From NCBI GenBank assembly GCA_022813865.1, contig JALDZX010000013.1:310001-374000 (forward strand): a DNA stretch of 64,000 nucleotides, in the 5' to 3' direction. The position numbers and the translations under genes were made by a program. The notes below the pieces were generated by a model. It was not told where the DNA came from, searched no databases, and saw only the letters and a list, made by a program, of their open reading frames with translations. Source of the DNA: Xylographa opegraphella (Eukaryota). This document shows, in pieces, positions 12,710 through 26,900 of this stretch; the stretch's first letter is position 1, and the number at the start of each line of letters is the position of its first letter.

Positions 12710-14426
12710 AGATGGTAGATGAAAAAAATAAGAATTTGCATTTCAGAACTTCCATGAGCCACGATGTTGAAGTCTCTAGTTTTCCAACAAATAATTGACT
12801 CCATGTCATGCGGCATGGATTGACCGCAAAGTATACCGTTGAGGTCAGCGAGATCCCAGACTGCGAAACTTGATCAGAGGCTGGGAATAATGGGACAACT
12901 AATGCACTTGATCTTGATGAAGTCTATATTCATGGCTTTTGCTACCTGTGTTATAGAGCGGCGATACAGCAATCGTCTTCGTCTCAGCCAGTCATTCCGC
13001 CTCATTAACAGAATTACGCAAACAGCACATCGAGAATCATGGGGCTTTCACGTATAGACCCAATCTCCAAGCCGATCAGGGACCGAGATCGGAAGCGCAA
13101 GGCGTCGGCCTCCAGAATCCACCACGTTATGGCAGACAGCAGTCGCCAGAGCGATAGTTTCGTCGTTTCCCGCACGGTCATCTTGCTACAGATTGAATAT
13201 CGCGTTAGCCAAGCGCGATCGGGGAAAAATAGAGGTTTGCGGCCCTGTTGCTTGCCCTCTTTATTCGTTGGTCTTAACTTACTATCTCTGTTCCCAGTAC
13301 AATCACGTTGAGCTTCTATGACTGTAAAGAGTAGTGGCACGATGAGCGACATTTGACGTGGAACAGGTGTTGATAGAGTATTAAAAGTCTGCGCCGAGGT
13401 GACTGAAAGCTGCTGCCCTGGGGTCATAAAATGGACCATGATCTAGACTATGTAGGTCACGATTGTATGGCAAATTGAATCGGTGAAGTACGTGTGTGGT
13501 CAGAACAGTACTATGGCTCAGTTCTTGCAATATCATGAAAGGCTCCACCATTCCCAGGTATCATGGCGTACATCTGCAGTAATACTATGACAGTAATTCC
13601 TCGGATCTTTATGATGCTTAACCACTTTATCGCAATCTGCTTTCGCCCATTCGATGCAAGAGTCTATCAGATAGGTTTTGTCGTGGTAGCTCGTGATAAC
13701 CAATGTAAACGAAGACTTAGTAAACTCCGAATAACCACGGAGTACTGAATTCGTGGTTAGATATGGGAACAATGCTGAAATACAATAGGGGGCCTAGACG
13801 GAGTGTCATTTATGCCAGCAGTCTGGGGAATAAGAATACAATAGACATAACCTGATGGCAAGCACTTCGCAAAGGAAGAACGACCCAATACCGAGGCTTT
13901 CATCTAAATGAAAGTGAAGAACCAAAATTGATTTCTGAGCACTGAAATGAATATGAGATAAACGATAGCAAGTCCATAAGTAACATATTTCACATCAACG
14001 ATCAGGGGCGTTGAAGTATTGCATATTCTTGCAACAAACAGAACTAGAAGACTAGATAATCACAAAAGGCCACATTTGATGAGTCCTGGCCCCTAAATAC
14101 CTGATGTAGGTAGAACATGGGGCTTGAGGACCAGCCAACACCCTGTCATGAGATAGGTATCCTGGTGTCGCTGTCCAGCTCAGCTTGTCCACATTTGCTG
14201 CATGGAAGTTGCAGTCCCTAAGCAGGACATCAAACTTTGAGTATTTGATATACACAAGAACTGTAATCGTTCGGTTGACAAATCTTATTATGGAAAGGTG
14301 ATGGTGTGATCAGTAATTGGCTCGGCAAGACATGATTGGTCAGAATACTTCCTTGACCCATATTGGTATCGTCAGTAATCTACCAGTTTCGATTTCAGCA
14401 ACCAGACCTGGATTGTTTTCGCTTTA

Positions 14427-15383
14427 ATGGCGAAACGCAAGGTACCTTCATCCTCTGAGGCTCACGCTGAGGAAGATAGTTCCAGCGAATCAGTGAGTGA
14501 TCAAGCCATAGTTGCCAAACTTCAGAGTGGTGGTTAAAATAAGTACAGGATACAGATATGCTTGATGTCGACTTTGAGTGGTTCGATCCGCAACTCGAAG
14601 TCGATTTCCATGGCTTGAAGACGTTGCTGCGCCAGTTGCTGGACGTGGACTCTCAATTGGTGGATACAAGTGCGCTGGCAGATCTGATCCTAGCCCAACC
14701 ACTTTTAGGGTCCACTGTCAAAGTTGATGGGAACGAGACAGACCCTTATGCGTTCTTGAGTGTGATAAACCTCCAGGAACACAAGGTATGGTCAGCATGG
14801 CTTATCACTACTGGTATGCTGATTCACCCCTTAGGAAAAGCCGGTGGTCAAAGCCCTTGTCGAATACATTGTACGGCAAGCTTCTACAAATCCTGCTCTG
14901 TCGGTGGTTGCCGATCTTCTGAAAACACCCAACAACGCTACTGTTGGACTTATACTCAGTGAGAGGCTGGTAAATATACCATCTGAAGTAGTCCCGCCTA
15001 TGTATAGAATGCTGCTGGAGGAAATCATGTGGGCGATAGAGGAGAAGGAGCCCTACAACTTCTCCCACTACCTCATCATTTCGAAAACATATCAAGAGGT
15101 CTCTTCGATTCTAGACACTGGCGAGGATCGTCCACAGAAGAAAAAAAAGAAAGAGGATAGCAAGCAGGTCTTCTACTTCCACCCCGAAGATGAGGTCCTT
15201 CATAAACATGCCGTAGCTCATGGCGATTACACTTACATCAGGGAAGAAGCAGAAGGTCAATCAGACGCTAAGCGGGCGTTTCAGGATCTAGGGGTCAAGC
15301 CACAAGGCCATATGATCCTCTTAGAGGCATCGGAAGGGGAAGTTACGGTCAAGGCTCTCGAGGACTTCTTGCGCCCAGCTTGA
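14427..15383 (+). CDS. BCP1: Protein Bcp1 (BCCIP family; 60S biogenesis / Mss4 export)
   Basis: VDFEWFDPQ..DFHGLKTLLRQLL, GLILSERLVNIP.EVVPPMY, FYFHPEDE motifs; introns 14493-14548 and 14787-14834. Confidence 0.9.
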
Positions 15384-15433
15384 ACTGCCTCTTTATGGGC
15401 GTTGAATAGTCATGGTACTACCCAAAGCTACGC

Positions 15434-16337
15434 TCAGTTCTCCCATTCGGTTCCGATGAGACGCTGCATCAGATATTCTACCTCCACCACTTTCGTCAAT
15501 GGTATGACCATTTCCTAATGCTGTCAGCTCAGTCTGATTTGTTTGGCCAACAGCTTACTTTGTACATAGCAACCACAGCATCGACATTGATCTTCTCTTG
15601 GCCCTCCACACCAATGCTAGGATCCGTACCATACGTCTTCGCTTTGAGCCGAAGTCTCTCCAGGACCTTGGCCTCAACTGCAGCGTTTGTGATTGCCTCA
15701 TCAATACCAACTCTGTCTTGTCTCCGTATCAGATCTACAAATTTCTCTGTCTCTGTCTGGAATTTTGACTCGGCAACAAATTTGCCAAAGTGAATTCTCC
15801 TTGATAAGGCCTGCAAACATGCCACATCACATGTAGCGGCTGATCCATAATTTTCCTGAGTCTCTCCTCGATCTTCTCGTGCAAATTTCCTACAAGCTCG
15901 GGGCAGAACCATTTTGATATATCTGTGTTTGATATCCTCGTTGACATTGACGTCATTCATATGCAGGATTTTGGGATAGGTTAGAGGCTGTAGTATGGGC
16001 GTTTGCAATGCATCGGGAAAGAAAGGATATTCATCAGGCGATTCATAGCGGCGGACCAACGAGTGGATGTGCTCTTGTTCTCTAAGCATCCAATCGAAGA
16101 GACTAAGCCCACTGTTAGGAATATGCACACCGCCTGGCTCGTATATTGTTTTGTTCAGGGGAAATTGCACTCTCTCGATTAGATGGAATGTGATTGTATC
16201 CTCGAGGCGACTAGGTTCGTTCTCAGTCATTTCTGCATGTTATATACCTGCTTCTACATGACTTACACCAGTTGGAAACGAATGTTTGCGAGGTCTAATG
16301 CCTTAGAAGGGTCGGACAAATCAATTGCAGTGTCCAT
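15434..16337 (-). CDS. ARO7: Chorismate mutase (eukaryotic AroQ type)
   Basis: [85 protein letters not shown]; two canonical introns. Confidence 0.96.
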
Positions 16338-16842
16338 AGCGTCTGAATGATTGGGAAGAAAGAGAAGACTGAAATGATATCCTGACTTGCTGGAATTTGG
16401 AAATTATGTCCTAAAAGAGCCACCCCAGCCTCTTCAGCATGACATTTTTACAGCGCAGTGAATACATCTAAATAGCCTTGGAAGCTCTCTTACCCATTGA
16501 ATTATTCCTAAGCAGTGAAAGAGTGTCCTAAGTCATCCCTTACATAGGTAAGCTGAGTAATAGATATTTGACAAACAAATGGTGTTGAAATGTCGAGTGT
16601 GCGAAGCCACAGGCGGCTGATCTACGTCAAGGATTTGCCAAGCTTAGCGTTGTGGCTGCACAAGACCGAATACCAAGCTTGGAGCTTGATTCGGCCTATG
16701 ACGAGAACCGTATCAATCTTTTGCCTGTTGCTATACAATATTGAATTGCGAATAAAGCCCAGCCAGCAATAATGTCTTGCTGTATTCCGTTGCCGGGTGT
16801 TTCGTGAAACGATTTATCACCGTCGTAATCGTACTATCTTCG

Positions 16843-18947
16843 ATGGCAGGACACGAAGAATCGATGGAGAGCGATTCCGTTCTTGGAACGGCCTTCACGG
16901 TATAAGAAAGAATCTTTCCCAGCCATGGTTCAAGCTGACCCTCTTCAGTCACGCAATATTGAAGCATTTGGGCGCAAGGTCACAACGACCGCAAGCCATC
17001 TTATCGGGCCACTAAGTAATCCCACCAACTCCTCACATTACCAGCATGCTATGAGTGAATTGCACAAAGAACTACGACGACCGGGTATACAGCAAAGAGT
17101 CTTTTCATACGCTCAAGCTTCTCCGACGGAGCTTGTGAGGTCTAAGCTGTCAACATCGGAAATACAACACCGCGCCCTTACTTTCATACCAGACGAGTTA
17201 CTGAGGAGTATACCCGAAACCGATAACGTCTACTCATTATTTCAAGGATTTCAGGCAACTTTACCTGAAGTAGATGAGAGTGAACATAGAAAGAGTCATC
17301 GGCGGCATGACTCAAGGGGAAGAAAATTGCTAGCGGACGTGCCTGAAGATGCGGAGGGCCCCCCCTCAATGGTGGAGCTGAAAAAGGAAAGAGATAAGCT
17401 GAACCACAGGCTTGAGATGATGAGTGTACGGAAGAATATGTGTTCATCTGAGATCAGAGAGATCGATAACAAGATCTCGAATTTAAATAGTATGCGGAAA
17501 ATCGTCCTGGATAGACTGTCAAGGCTGGAGGATGACGAACTCAAGCTCGAGCATGAGCTTCTGGATCTTGACAATAGGGTAGAAGATCTTCAAGAAGAGT
17601 TAGACGACGCTGCTACACTTGGCCATGTGGCAACGCCTCCTGTGGAGCGAGACCCGATTGCCGAAACAACGACTTCGGAGACGCAAGGGGAAGCAGACAG
17701 TTTCATGTCCGCATCTATCTATGAGAAAATACCGTCTCCAAAAGCGAAAAGACACAAGCTTCCGCGACGGAAATCAATGCCTATTCGGCATGAACACTTT
17801 GACCCGGGTACGAGCATTAAGGAAATCCCAGCTCACAACGATATGATTACTGCGATCGACTTTGACGCTCCTTTTGGTACCATGGTCACGGCTGCTCTGG
17901 ACGATACTGTCAGAGTGTGGGACCTGAATCAGGGACGATGTTTGGGCTTACTGGAAGGTCACCGCGCATCAGTACGGTGTCTACAAGTTGAGGATAACAT
18001 TGTTGCTACTGGATCTATTGATGCCTCCATCCGATTATGGGATCTTAGCAAAGCAGATTATCCGCAACATGACAATTACAATGAAGATCTGATAGAGGAG
18101 GATGACGATGAATTAGTATTCGCAAATCCCGAAGTTCACTCACAAGCTCTACCACCTTCATCCAGCATGGAAGATTGTCCCCTCTTCTCCTTGGAAGCCC
18201 ACATTGGTGAGGTCACAGCTTTGCATTTCAGAGGAGACACGCTCGTCTCTGGATCTGCGGACAAGACTCTGCGGCAGTGGGACTTGGTCAAGGGCCGGTG
18301 TATACAAACACTCGATGTACTCTGGGCGGCTGCTCAGGCGTCGACTACTTCGAACCTCAATGATGGTCAATGGCGAACCACAGGTCGCCTGCCGGATGCT
18401 TCGGTCGACTTTGTCGGTGCCTTACAATGCTTCGACGCAGCACTTGCATGTGGGACTGCGGATGCCATGGTTCGGCTTTGGGATCTCCGCAGTGGACAGG
18501 TTTCTCGGAGTCTCGTCGGCCATACTGGGCCAGTGACTTCTCTACAGTTCGATGATGTACATCTCGTGACAGGGAGTCTAGACCGTAGTATCAGGGTCAG
18601 TCGTTCCTTTCATCCTCTCCCCAATTATCAACTATGTAGAAGAAATCAATTAACCTTGTCGTTTTTTTTAGATCTGGGACCTACGGACCGGCTCCATTCA
18701 TGATGCCTTCGCTTTTGACAACTCGATCACGTCAATGATGTTTGACACACGGCGCATTGTCGCCGCTGCAGGCGAAGATGTTGCGAAAGTGTACGATAAG
18801 ACGGACGGACGTCATTGGGACTGTGGAGCGGGAGTCGCCGCCATCGAAGGAGAAACTCGGACCAGCATTGTTGAAAGGGTGAGGATAAAGGACGGGTTCC
18901 TGGTGGAAGGGAGAAGGGATGGAGTGGTCGGGGTGTGGGCCTGCTAG
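16843..18947 (+). CDS. MDV1: Mitochondrial division protein Mdv1/Caf4 (coiled coil + WD40)
   Basis: [12 protein letters not shown]-terminal motif, coiled coil, WD40 repeats ([37 protein letters not shown]). ATG at 16843 with intron 16900-16948; second intron 18596-18671. Confidence 0.92.
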
Positions 18948-19918
18948 GCAACGCCAGATCTGGGAAAGAACACTGTATATATGTATAACGTGCAGCTATC
19001 TTGTAGAGTACGTATCTTTACTCTCCGAATATTGGAGAGGCTGCGCCGAGCTTCCAATGAAAAACACAGCATCAGGGAGAGCGTATGACAAGTCTCCTGT
19101 ATCCAATTTGAGGGCAGTGGCATCTCGTTGCCGACATCCCTAATGTCTGATGATTGTCATGCCTATTCTACAGCGTGAAAAACTATGGTGGCCTTCAGCT
19201 CGGAGCATGACCTCTGTGGGAAGTGCGTCTCAGAACATAGGTAGCTGATCAATAGTGATGATGGCAAAACGTTTGTGGTCGACTTTATGCTCGGTAAGCC
19301 CAGACCCAATCTCCGGCTCCAGAGGCTAAGCTGAAAGAAGGCAAGAGCTTTCAAGCCTAGGCGCGTCTCGATATGTTTAGGTGCATGCCAGCAGCCAATC
19401 ACTGCGACCTCTCATTTTACTTGCCCATAACAAAAACGTTAGATTGTTTGATGGGCCCCAGTCTCTCGTACCTGCTGCACGCTGCACGCTGAGCTGCTGC
19501 TGCCGTAGGCCGGTGCGTGGAGCCTCTGTTGACCCCAGCCTGCACCCTCCTGTTCGTTTCGACCTCCAGTCTTTCTCTCCTTCACCCCAGTTTTGGACAT
19601 CGTCGCTCTCTACCACGTTTTGCTTTTTCTTTTGCGTTCTGGATCGCGCATTTCTGGATAAGCATCAATGCTAGTTGACATGGTATAGCAATCAGCAGGA
19701 TACTTTCGAAGAGGAGGACTGCAACTGGTGGAGAAGGAATGGGCACGGAGGATAATAATTCGACACTAGCAATATCGCCCAGCTGTCCCTCGACATGTTA
19801 TAATAGCGGTATGATGACCTCCAGCGGGTCGTGGCAAGGTGGAGAAGAAATGATCACAACGGCGGAGATACCAGCGTGTGAGAGTCGATGCCCTAGAACA
19901 AGAAGAAAGGAATGGAGA

Positions 19919-21805
19919 ATGCGAAAATCAACGATAGCTCTATTTGCTCTCGCATTGACCTTCCCAGCCGCTTCGGCCCAGACTTGTATACCCCTCTCAG
20001 GCTCTACACAGTGTCCAGCCTTTAATGCATCGTCCGTTTCGACCGACTCATCACTGATCGGACTTTAGTACGAGAATCTACGTCAAACTCACCTCGGGCT
20101 CTTTGCTAACCTCGTATAGTCCATTCCTTGCTTTCGTCTCAAGCAGAGAGCAGTTTGACCAGCAACTGGATCAATATGTCACGTCAGAATACGTCCAGTT
20201 GAGGTACATCGTTGTTGATGCCGTGTTCACACAATGCTAAATGTGTTTCAGATACCAACAGTTACTTGGCTGTAATAATGTCACTTTAACGAACACAACG
20301 AACTACTACGCGCGATATACAACTAGTGTAATATGTAATTCCATCGTACAGAACTCGATACAGCCATGCAAGCTGTCGAGCACAGACTCGCCTCCATTAT
20401 GCGCCGACTCTTGCGTATATTGTCCCCAACACTGTTCGAGACGTACAGCTGACTCTTCTATAGGCCCAGCAAGCTATCAGTGAAGAAGAGATCACCACTA
20501 ACCACCAGCTTTGTGGTACTACGAATCAGAACTTTCTTACTCAGATCAGAGCCGACTTCACAAATTGTGCATTACCGCCGGCTTCGCTGAGCGGATCTTG
20601 TATAACTGGCGAGGCCAATGAACCAGAAAATTGTGGTTTCTCGACCAATCTTGAAGGCTTGTGCCTCTACTGTGGAGCTAGTTCACCGAATGCAACAGAC
20701 TCCTGTTGTGTTGGGTCTGATGTCACAAGTCGTTGTCAAGGTGTCGTATTACCATCATTTACTACAATGCCTCCTTTATTCCCGTCCTCGACTTCGTCCG
20801 CTTCGCCCTCGGCAACGAATGGCACTTCGGGTACAGACAATGGGCTTGGTCATAGCGGATTGTCAGGTGGACAGATAGCTGGAATTGCAGTCGGCTCGAT
20901 TCTTGGTGCTCTCTTGTTACTGGGGCTTTTGATATTATGCTGCATATGTGTCAGAAGAAGAAGAACTCGATCACCCCGTGGGAGCATATTCAATCAACCT
21001 TCGCCGAAGCGTGCAGCTGAGCCGCCCATGACATATGTGCCAAGAGACTCCAACCAGCAAGCACCCGGTCGAATTGCTAGAATGGCTGCTCTCGAAGGAA
21101 ATTCGAGTGACGAACCGAACCACGGAAACCCTGTCATGGCAGCAGAACAGCGGCGGCGATATGGGGATACTTCGGATTCGGATCCATATGGTGACAGTGC
21201 CGAGTCTCGTCGTGATCCTCAGCGACCAATCACGAGCAAGCGGAATGGATCGCTGTCGAGTAATTCTGTCTTTGGCGGTGGGATGACGGACTTGAACGAC
21301 GAGACTTCGCCGCACTCTGGGAGTGGTGGTCAATTTTCATCACCTGAGGGTATCAATAGTGGACAGTCGGAGCAACTGCCATCCTTCAAAGATTACTACT
21401 CCCAGGACGAGATCCACCCGAACGACAAGGTAGCGGCCCTATGGGCGTATCAGCCTCGAGCAGGCGACGAATTCGAGTTAGAAAGAGGTGATATGCTCAA
21501 AGTCGTGGGCATCTGGGACGATGGGTGGGCTACAGGAGTCAGGATTGCAGACCGTGCAGAGGACTATGATGGGAAACATAAGATACAGCGGGACAGCGGT
21601 GTCTCGAATGGAAGCGGGCGGCGAGAACAATCACCACCTCCGATGGGAGAGATGAAGGCTTTTCCTGTAAGGTTTTTGAGCAAGTATCCGTCTGTCCGTC
21701 GCTAACAAGATGCTCTAGCTCGTTTGTGTTTGTCTTCCAGAACACTGGAGGAATACAATCGAAGGCGAAGGTTCGCCTGAAGATCCAGGACTCGGAGGAT
21801 ATTAA
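19919..21805 (+). CDS. Single-pass membrane protein: signal peptide, Cys-rich ectodomain, TM helix, cytoplasmic SH3 domain
   Basis: Signal peptide MRKSTIALFALALTFPAASAQ; TM IAGIAVGSILGALLLLGLLILCCIC followed by RRRR; SH3 ALWAYQPRAGDEFELERGD...WDDGWATG...FPLVCV; 4 introns. An upstream in-frame ATG exists at 19739. Confidence 0.85.
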
Positions 21806-22776
21806 GAACCCTTTCAAGACGTCTACCACGGAATACCCTCCAAACGCTTTCCACAACCTTGCTACCTCAACCTTGCCACCTCATATTCATGCACTATGGA
21901 TAACCAGACTCCACAATATTATTCTATGCTCCCAGACCCCTCACCAAGGTGGACTTTTGGTTTATGGCCAAGGCTCACCCGCTTCCAGATCCTGGCACAG
22001 CATATACGATCTTTGCTCTCCGACGCGACTCATTTGATGGTCGAAGAATCAGCACAATGCATCATTTCTGAGAATTCTATACCCATGGCACGGCGCGACT
22101 GCCGTTGCCAGCGAGCGAGCATACTTTGTAATTCAGGTATCTTACAGGTCTCTTTTTTGTATATAGCTAGATCACACGAGAAGAACTAGTCACAACTTTT
22201 ATGCATTCCCTTCGCCTCGCTGTGAGGCGGATTGAATTTGGCGTCCTATCGGATTACTATAGCTGCAGGCGTTGAAGACGATTAGGGATTTAAAAGTGAC
22301 TGTCGTTGACCAAGTGAGTTGTGAGCTCGATGCCGCGTTCACAAAAACCCGTCTGGTGGGGAATACGGACATATGCTGCTGTATTTCCTGTTATAACCGA
22401 AGATTCCGCGGGATGTAGAAGGGGAAGGCAGCCATTGATGTATTCGCTTTCCTTGCCGGCAGAAGGTCTCTGGAAAGCCTCGACGTGATGATTACCTAGC
22501 TAGCTACGGCGATTGGCACTACAGTCGTGCTGGAGCGGGTGGACCTTCTGTATCAGATCGAGGACAGCTTTCAGAATATCTGCAATGGAAGATAAATTGA
22601 CTCAGTACTGAGGCCATAGCTCATGTTCCGGGTCGTGAATCTATTATGGTATGTCAAGGTGCCCACTCCTAGAAGTCTCCTCGGCCGCCAGGTTCTCATC
22701 CTTCCTACCGCAGCCGTCAGTCTCCGCGATTATGTCGGAGCCATGGGTTTCGGCAACGCTGGGTAGGCATGTTACC

Positions 22777-22842
22777 TTCATCTCTCCATATTCAGCTCTC
22801 CATATTCATCTCTCCACATTCATCTCTCCATATTCATCTCTC
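22777..22842. repeat. 14-bp tandem repeat (TTCATCTCTCCATA) x ~4.7
   Basis: Units directly visible at 22777, 22791, 22805, 22819 and a partial unit at 22833. Confidence 0.9.
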
Positions 22843-23936
22843 TGTAGGACAGGCTTCGTGGTTGAAAGCAGCAAGGTTACCACGTTCGTAATGCTGATTT
22901 CTTTGATTCCGCCAGGGGCGACTTCATTGACAGTGGTCAACAACTATCGAGGTAGGCAACCTGAGCTCTGATTCTGGCAAAGGCACCGTACGTATTCCCG
23001 ATCCTTGGAGGTTGGAAGGTGGGAGCATCTCTGCGACGCAACGTGGTGGCACTGAGGCAGGTGCTGGAGAAAGCAGGTGTGGAAGAGAATCGAAAAGGCC
23101 GGCAATCATGATGCGGGCTTCCAGCATGACAATTGAGGGATGGGTGGGATGGGCAACCCGGGCTTGTAGCAGGTAGGGCTCAGTCGGAATGGAAGTTATT
23201 TCGATTATCTGGATAGGTGAAAGGCATATTTTATGTCTTTGCGAGTAAGGTGTAAGTTAGTGGCTAGTTCTACTTACAGCCGAATAGTCAGAGAACTGGG
23301 GACAACTTGAATGATTGGTCGGTGTGCGGATCCGTCAAGGAGCGCACGTGTTGTTAATGCTGGAAGTGGAATGTTATAGAGAAAATATACATGTTGTGTA
23401 CCGTTTGAATTCAACCTCCATCAATCGTAACCTTGAGTGCAGTTGAAAACAGCTTCCAGAGATATCTATCTGAAATTTGCCCATGTGGACATCTATCGTG
23501 TGTTCTGTACTCCGTAGGATACGCAGTGACCCGAGATTTTCAGGCGCCATTGTCGCTTTCAAAACCTCTTGAAAGGACGCAGTTCTTGTTTACTATTTAT
23601 GCAGGAGTTCAGACTCACGAAATGCAACGTACAACTGATCGTCCGCAAAGTTGTTGTTGGTTAGGAACCAGTAACGCGGGTAATAAGCGCGCGGCAGCTA
23701 TCGGATAATCTCTATCCCTATTATTCCCTAGCTTGGCTAGGCTCAACAGGGATCTATGCAGTACTACAGTGGACTAGTGGACTTCCCGTGATGTCAATCA
23801 AATTTTGCCATTTGCTCCCCTTTCCCTTCATGAGCTTTGGATTGTTTGTCGAAGCACTTCACTGCTGTTATTCTGTTCTTGAGCTGATCTCCCGAAATCG
23901 GTAGTCGGCTGAGCCTGTGCCTCAACCCTCCAGAGC

Positions 23937-26900
23937 ATGATTGTTCGGGCATCACGGCCAATACTGCCATTGAACGCACGTCGAAGCCTTCAACCAGCGG
24001 TCGAGCAACTTCAATTTCCATGGCTTTGTCCAGCGTTACTAGGCTATTCAGCCTGGCGCTCCAGTCGGCCATCTATCACAGTGGCAAAGAGGAAATCGAA
24101 TCACGGCCAAAGATCTACCTTGCGGGCAAGTCGCGGAACTGTCATAAGCCCAACCAAAGCTCAACGTAAAGGATTCGCGTACGCGGCCGGTCTTGATAAC
24201 TCCACTCTCAACGATAACTATGTACCGTTCGACAACAGCGGAGCTTCTTATGCTCCCCAAGTCCCACCAGAATATCCTTGGCCGGGTCGCGCAGATCTTT
24301 CCGAATTACCGAATTTCGACCCTACATCGCCACTCATCATACATGACTCTATGCGGCAGGCACCAAGGAGATTTCGTGTGACCAGTGACGGAATTGGAGG
24401 TGAGCTCTCCGAGATTCGTCAGACATTACAGGCATGCCTTCGCGTCGGACGATTTGAGAGAGCTGCGGCAACCCTAAGACGACTCACTTCAATATACAAG
24501 CTTGATGCACCGGAGTTGATCGATGCTCATAATGACTATCTTGCATCCGTTATCCAGCGTATTGTCGAGACCAAGGATCAGGCTCTGCTAAGGCATGTTC
24601 AGCGATGGTTTGAGGTTGAGATCAGGGCGACGGGAATTTCACCGAATCCGAGGACATATGGTCTTATGTTACGCGTATCCTTCCAAGAGTCTAATCAGCT
24701 TAAGATCGACCGCACGATACGAAGGTACATCGCTCTTGCTGAAAACGCTGATCTAAGGGATGAGGCTTTGGGCACAGCGCTGAACACACTCAACTCCCAG
24801 GAAATTGGTCGGGTCACTCGTGTGAGTACAACATGATCTTGTCTTCATTTGTCATCACCATCGAGAATGCTGACAGTCTCTAGGTATGCCCAACGACATT
24901 CTACAGTGCCAGTGATCTCCAGGTAGAGGATAATTTCGACATACAGCCGTCAGAAGAGTCCGTCGATACCCCAGATCAGTTACAAAATTATCACATACAT
25001 CCTCAAGAGCAGAAGGGGTTGGGTCTTGTGGCTCTCAAAAAATCCCTATCGATATTTGAGCAATCAACCAATATTCCGCTTTCGGATGCAACTTACAGTT
25101 CCGAGGAGGCGTATAATAAATCCGTGGCTTACAAGCGCCAACAAAATCTGGAAAGAGACACATGGACATCTGCTCTAGATCGGTGGCGAGAGGAACATAG
25201 TGATTCATTAAGGCGGATGGGTGTGAACAGTGGTCTGCAAACGAAGTCTGTCAGTGCGGTGATGTGGACGTGGCATGAAGCGCTGGTTCCCTTGATTCGA
25301 GCAGAGATAATGAAAGCAGAAAAATCAGACTTGGAGAAAGACGGCTCGAAAGCTGGTCAGGAGCGAAGAGCATACAGTCCATTCCTCCAGTATATTTCGC
25401 CGGAAAAGCTTTCTGCTGTCACGATCATACATACACTCAATCGAATGTCCACCAGCGGCATAGGGAAGGGTACCAAAATCGCTGCCCTGGTTGCCGGGCT
25501 TGGAAAGGCTATTCAGGACGAGAGTGTCGCAGAGGCTATGAAAGACCAAAGCAGCAGCCATTATTCAAGAGGTTTGGGAACCCAACAGCGTCAGAAACAC
25601 CTTATGCGACTGATAAAACGGCGCATACGCCCCGCCTCGTCCTCACAATCCGTAGCTGAATCCAATAGTGGCGTTCGGGTACAAGAGCTCTCCTCGGACG
25701 TCGACGACCAAGAGTGGCCTCCAGCAGTCAGAGCTCAATTAGGTGCAGTTCTTGTATCGCTCTTAATCCAAGCCGCACAGATAGACGTGGTACGTCGAGG
25801 CTTGGATAACAATGAGACATGCAAGGACATACAGCCCGTGTTCTGGAATTCCTTTCAGTATGAGAACGGCAAGCGTTATGGCGTTATTCGGATGAACGCT
25901 GCTATGAGTGCCAAGGTGATGAAAGAACCTGTTTCTGGCGCGCTTGCCAAGCATCTACCTATGTTGGTGGAGCCAGTCCCATGGACGAAATACAAGCAAG
26001 GAGGTTTCTTGACTCCAGGAGTTCCGGTTGTCCGCGGCGGAACTCAACATACTCAGCTTAGGGACTACATCAGAGCTGCGGCAGATAGCGGTGATATGGC
26101 TCAGGTCTTTGCTGGACTGGATGTGCTCGGCAGGACGCCCTGGCAAATCAATAAGGAAATCTTTTACACTATGCGCGAGGTGTGGAACAGTGGTGAAGGA
26201 CTCGCAAATCTGCCTGCTGCCGCCCCGAAGCTTGAAAACCTACCAGAGCCTGGCCCGACAGCTGATCTTCAAGAACGTCGAGTGCATGCATTCAAACTCA
26301 AAGAACTCGAAAATACAAAAGCCGGCATGCATTCGGAGCGCTGTTTCTTCAACTTTCAGCTTGAGGTGGCCAGAGCATACCTCAATGAGACATTCTACTT
26401 TCCTCATAATGTGGACTTTCGTGGGCGAGCTTACCCAATACCGCCTTATTTAAATCATATCGGCGCTGACAATTGTCGTGGTCTACTCAAATTTGGAAAG
26501 GGTAAGGCACTCGGAGAATCTGGCTTGATGTGGCTTAAAATACATTTGGCGAATGTGTTTGGATACGACAAAGCCAGTTTCAAAGAGCGCCGAGATTTTG
26601 CGACGGACCATGTGAAGGATGTTTACGATTCGGCCAATAATCCTCTGAAAGGATCGCGCTGGTGGTTGAAAGCTGAGGATCCATGGCAGTGCCTTGCCAC
26701 TTGCATAGAGCTGAAGAATGCTCTTGAGTCGCCTGATCCGACCAAGTTTGTTTCCTATCTGCCAGTGCATCAAGATGGGACTTGCAATGGGCTTCAGCAT
26801 TATGCTGCTCTTGGGGGCGATGCAATCGGAGCTAAACAAGTCAATCTGGAGCCTGGTGATCGACCCTCAGATATTTACACAGCTGTGGCAGAGCTAGTCA

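Noticed and set aside
12710..14420. Short ORFs and splice-like signals suggesting a decayed small secreted protein on the minus strand
   Set aside because: I could not build a coherent frame or recognise a motif.
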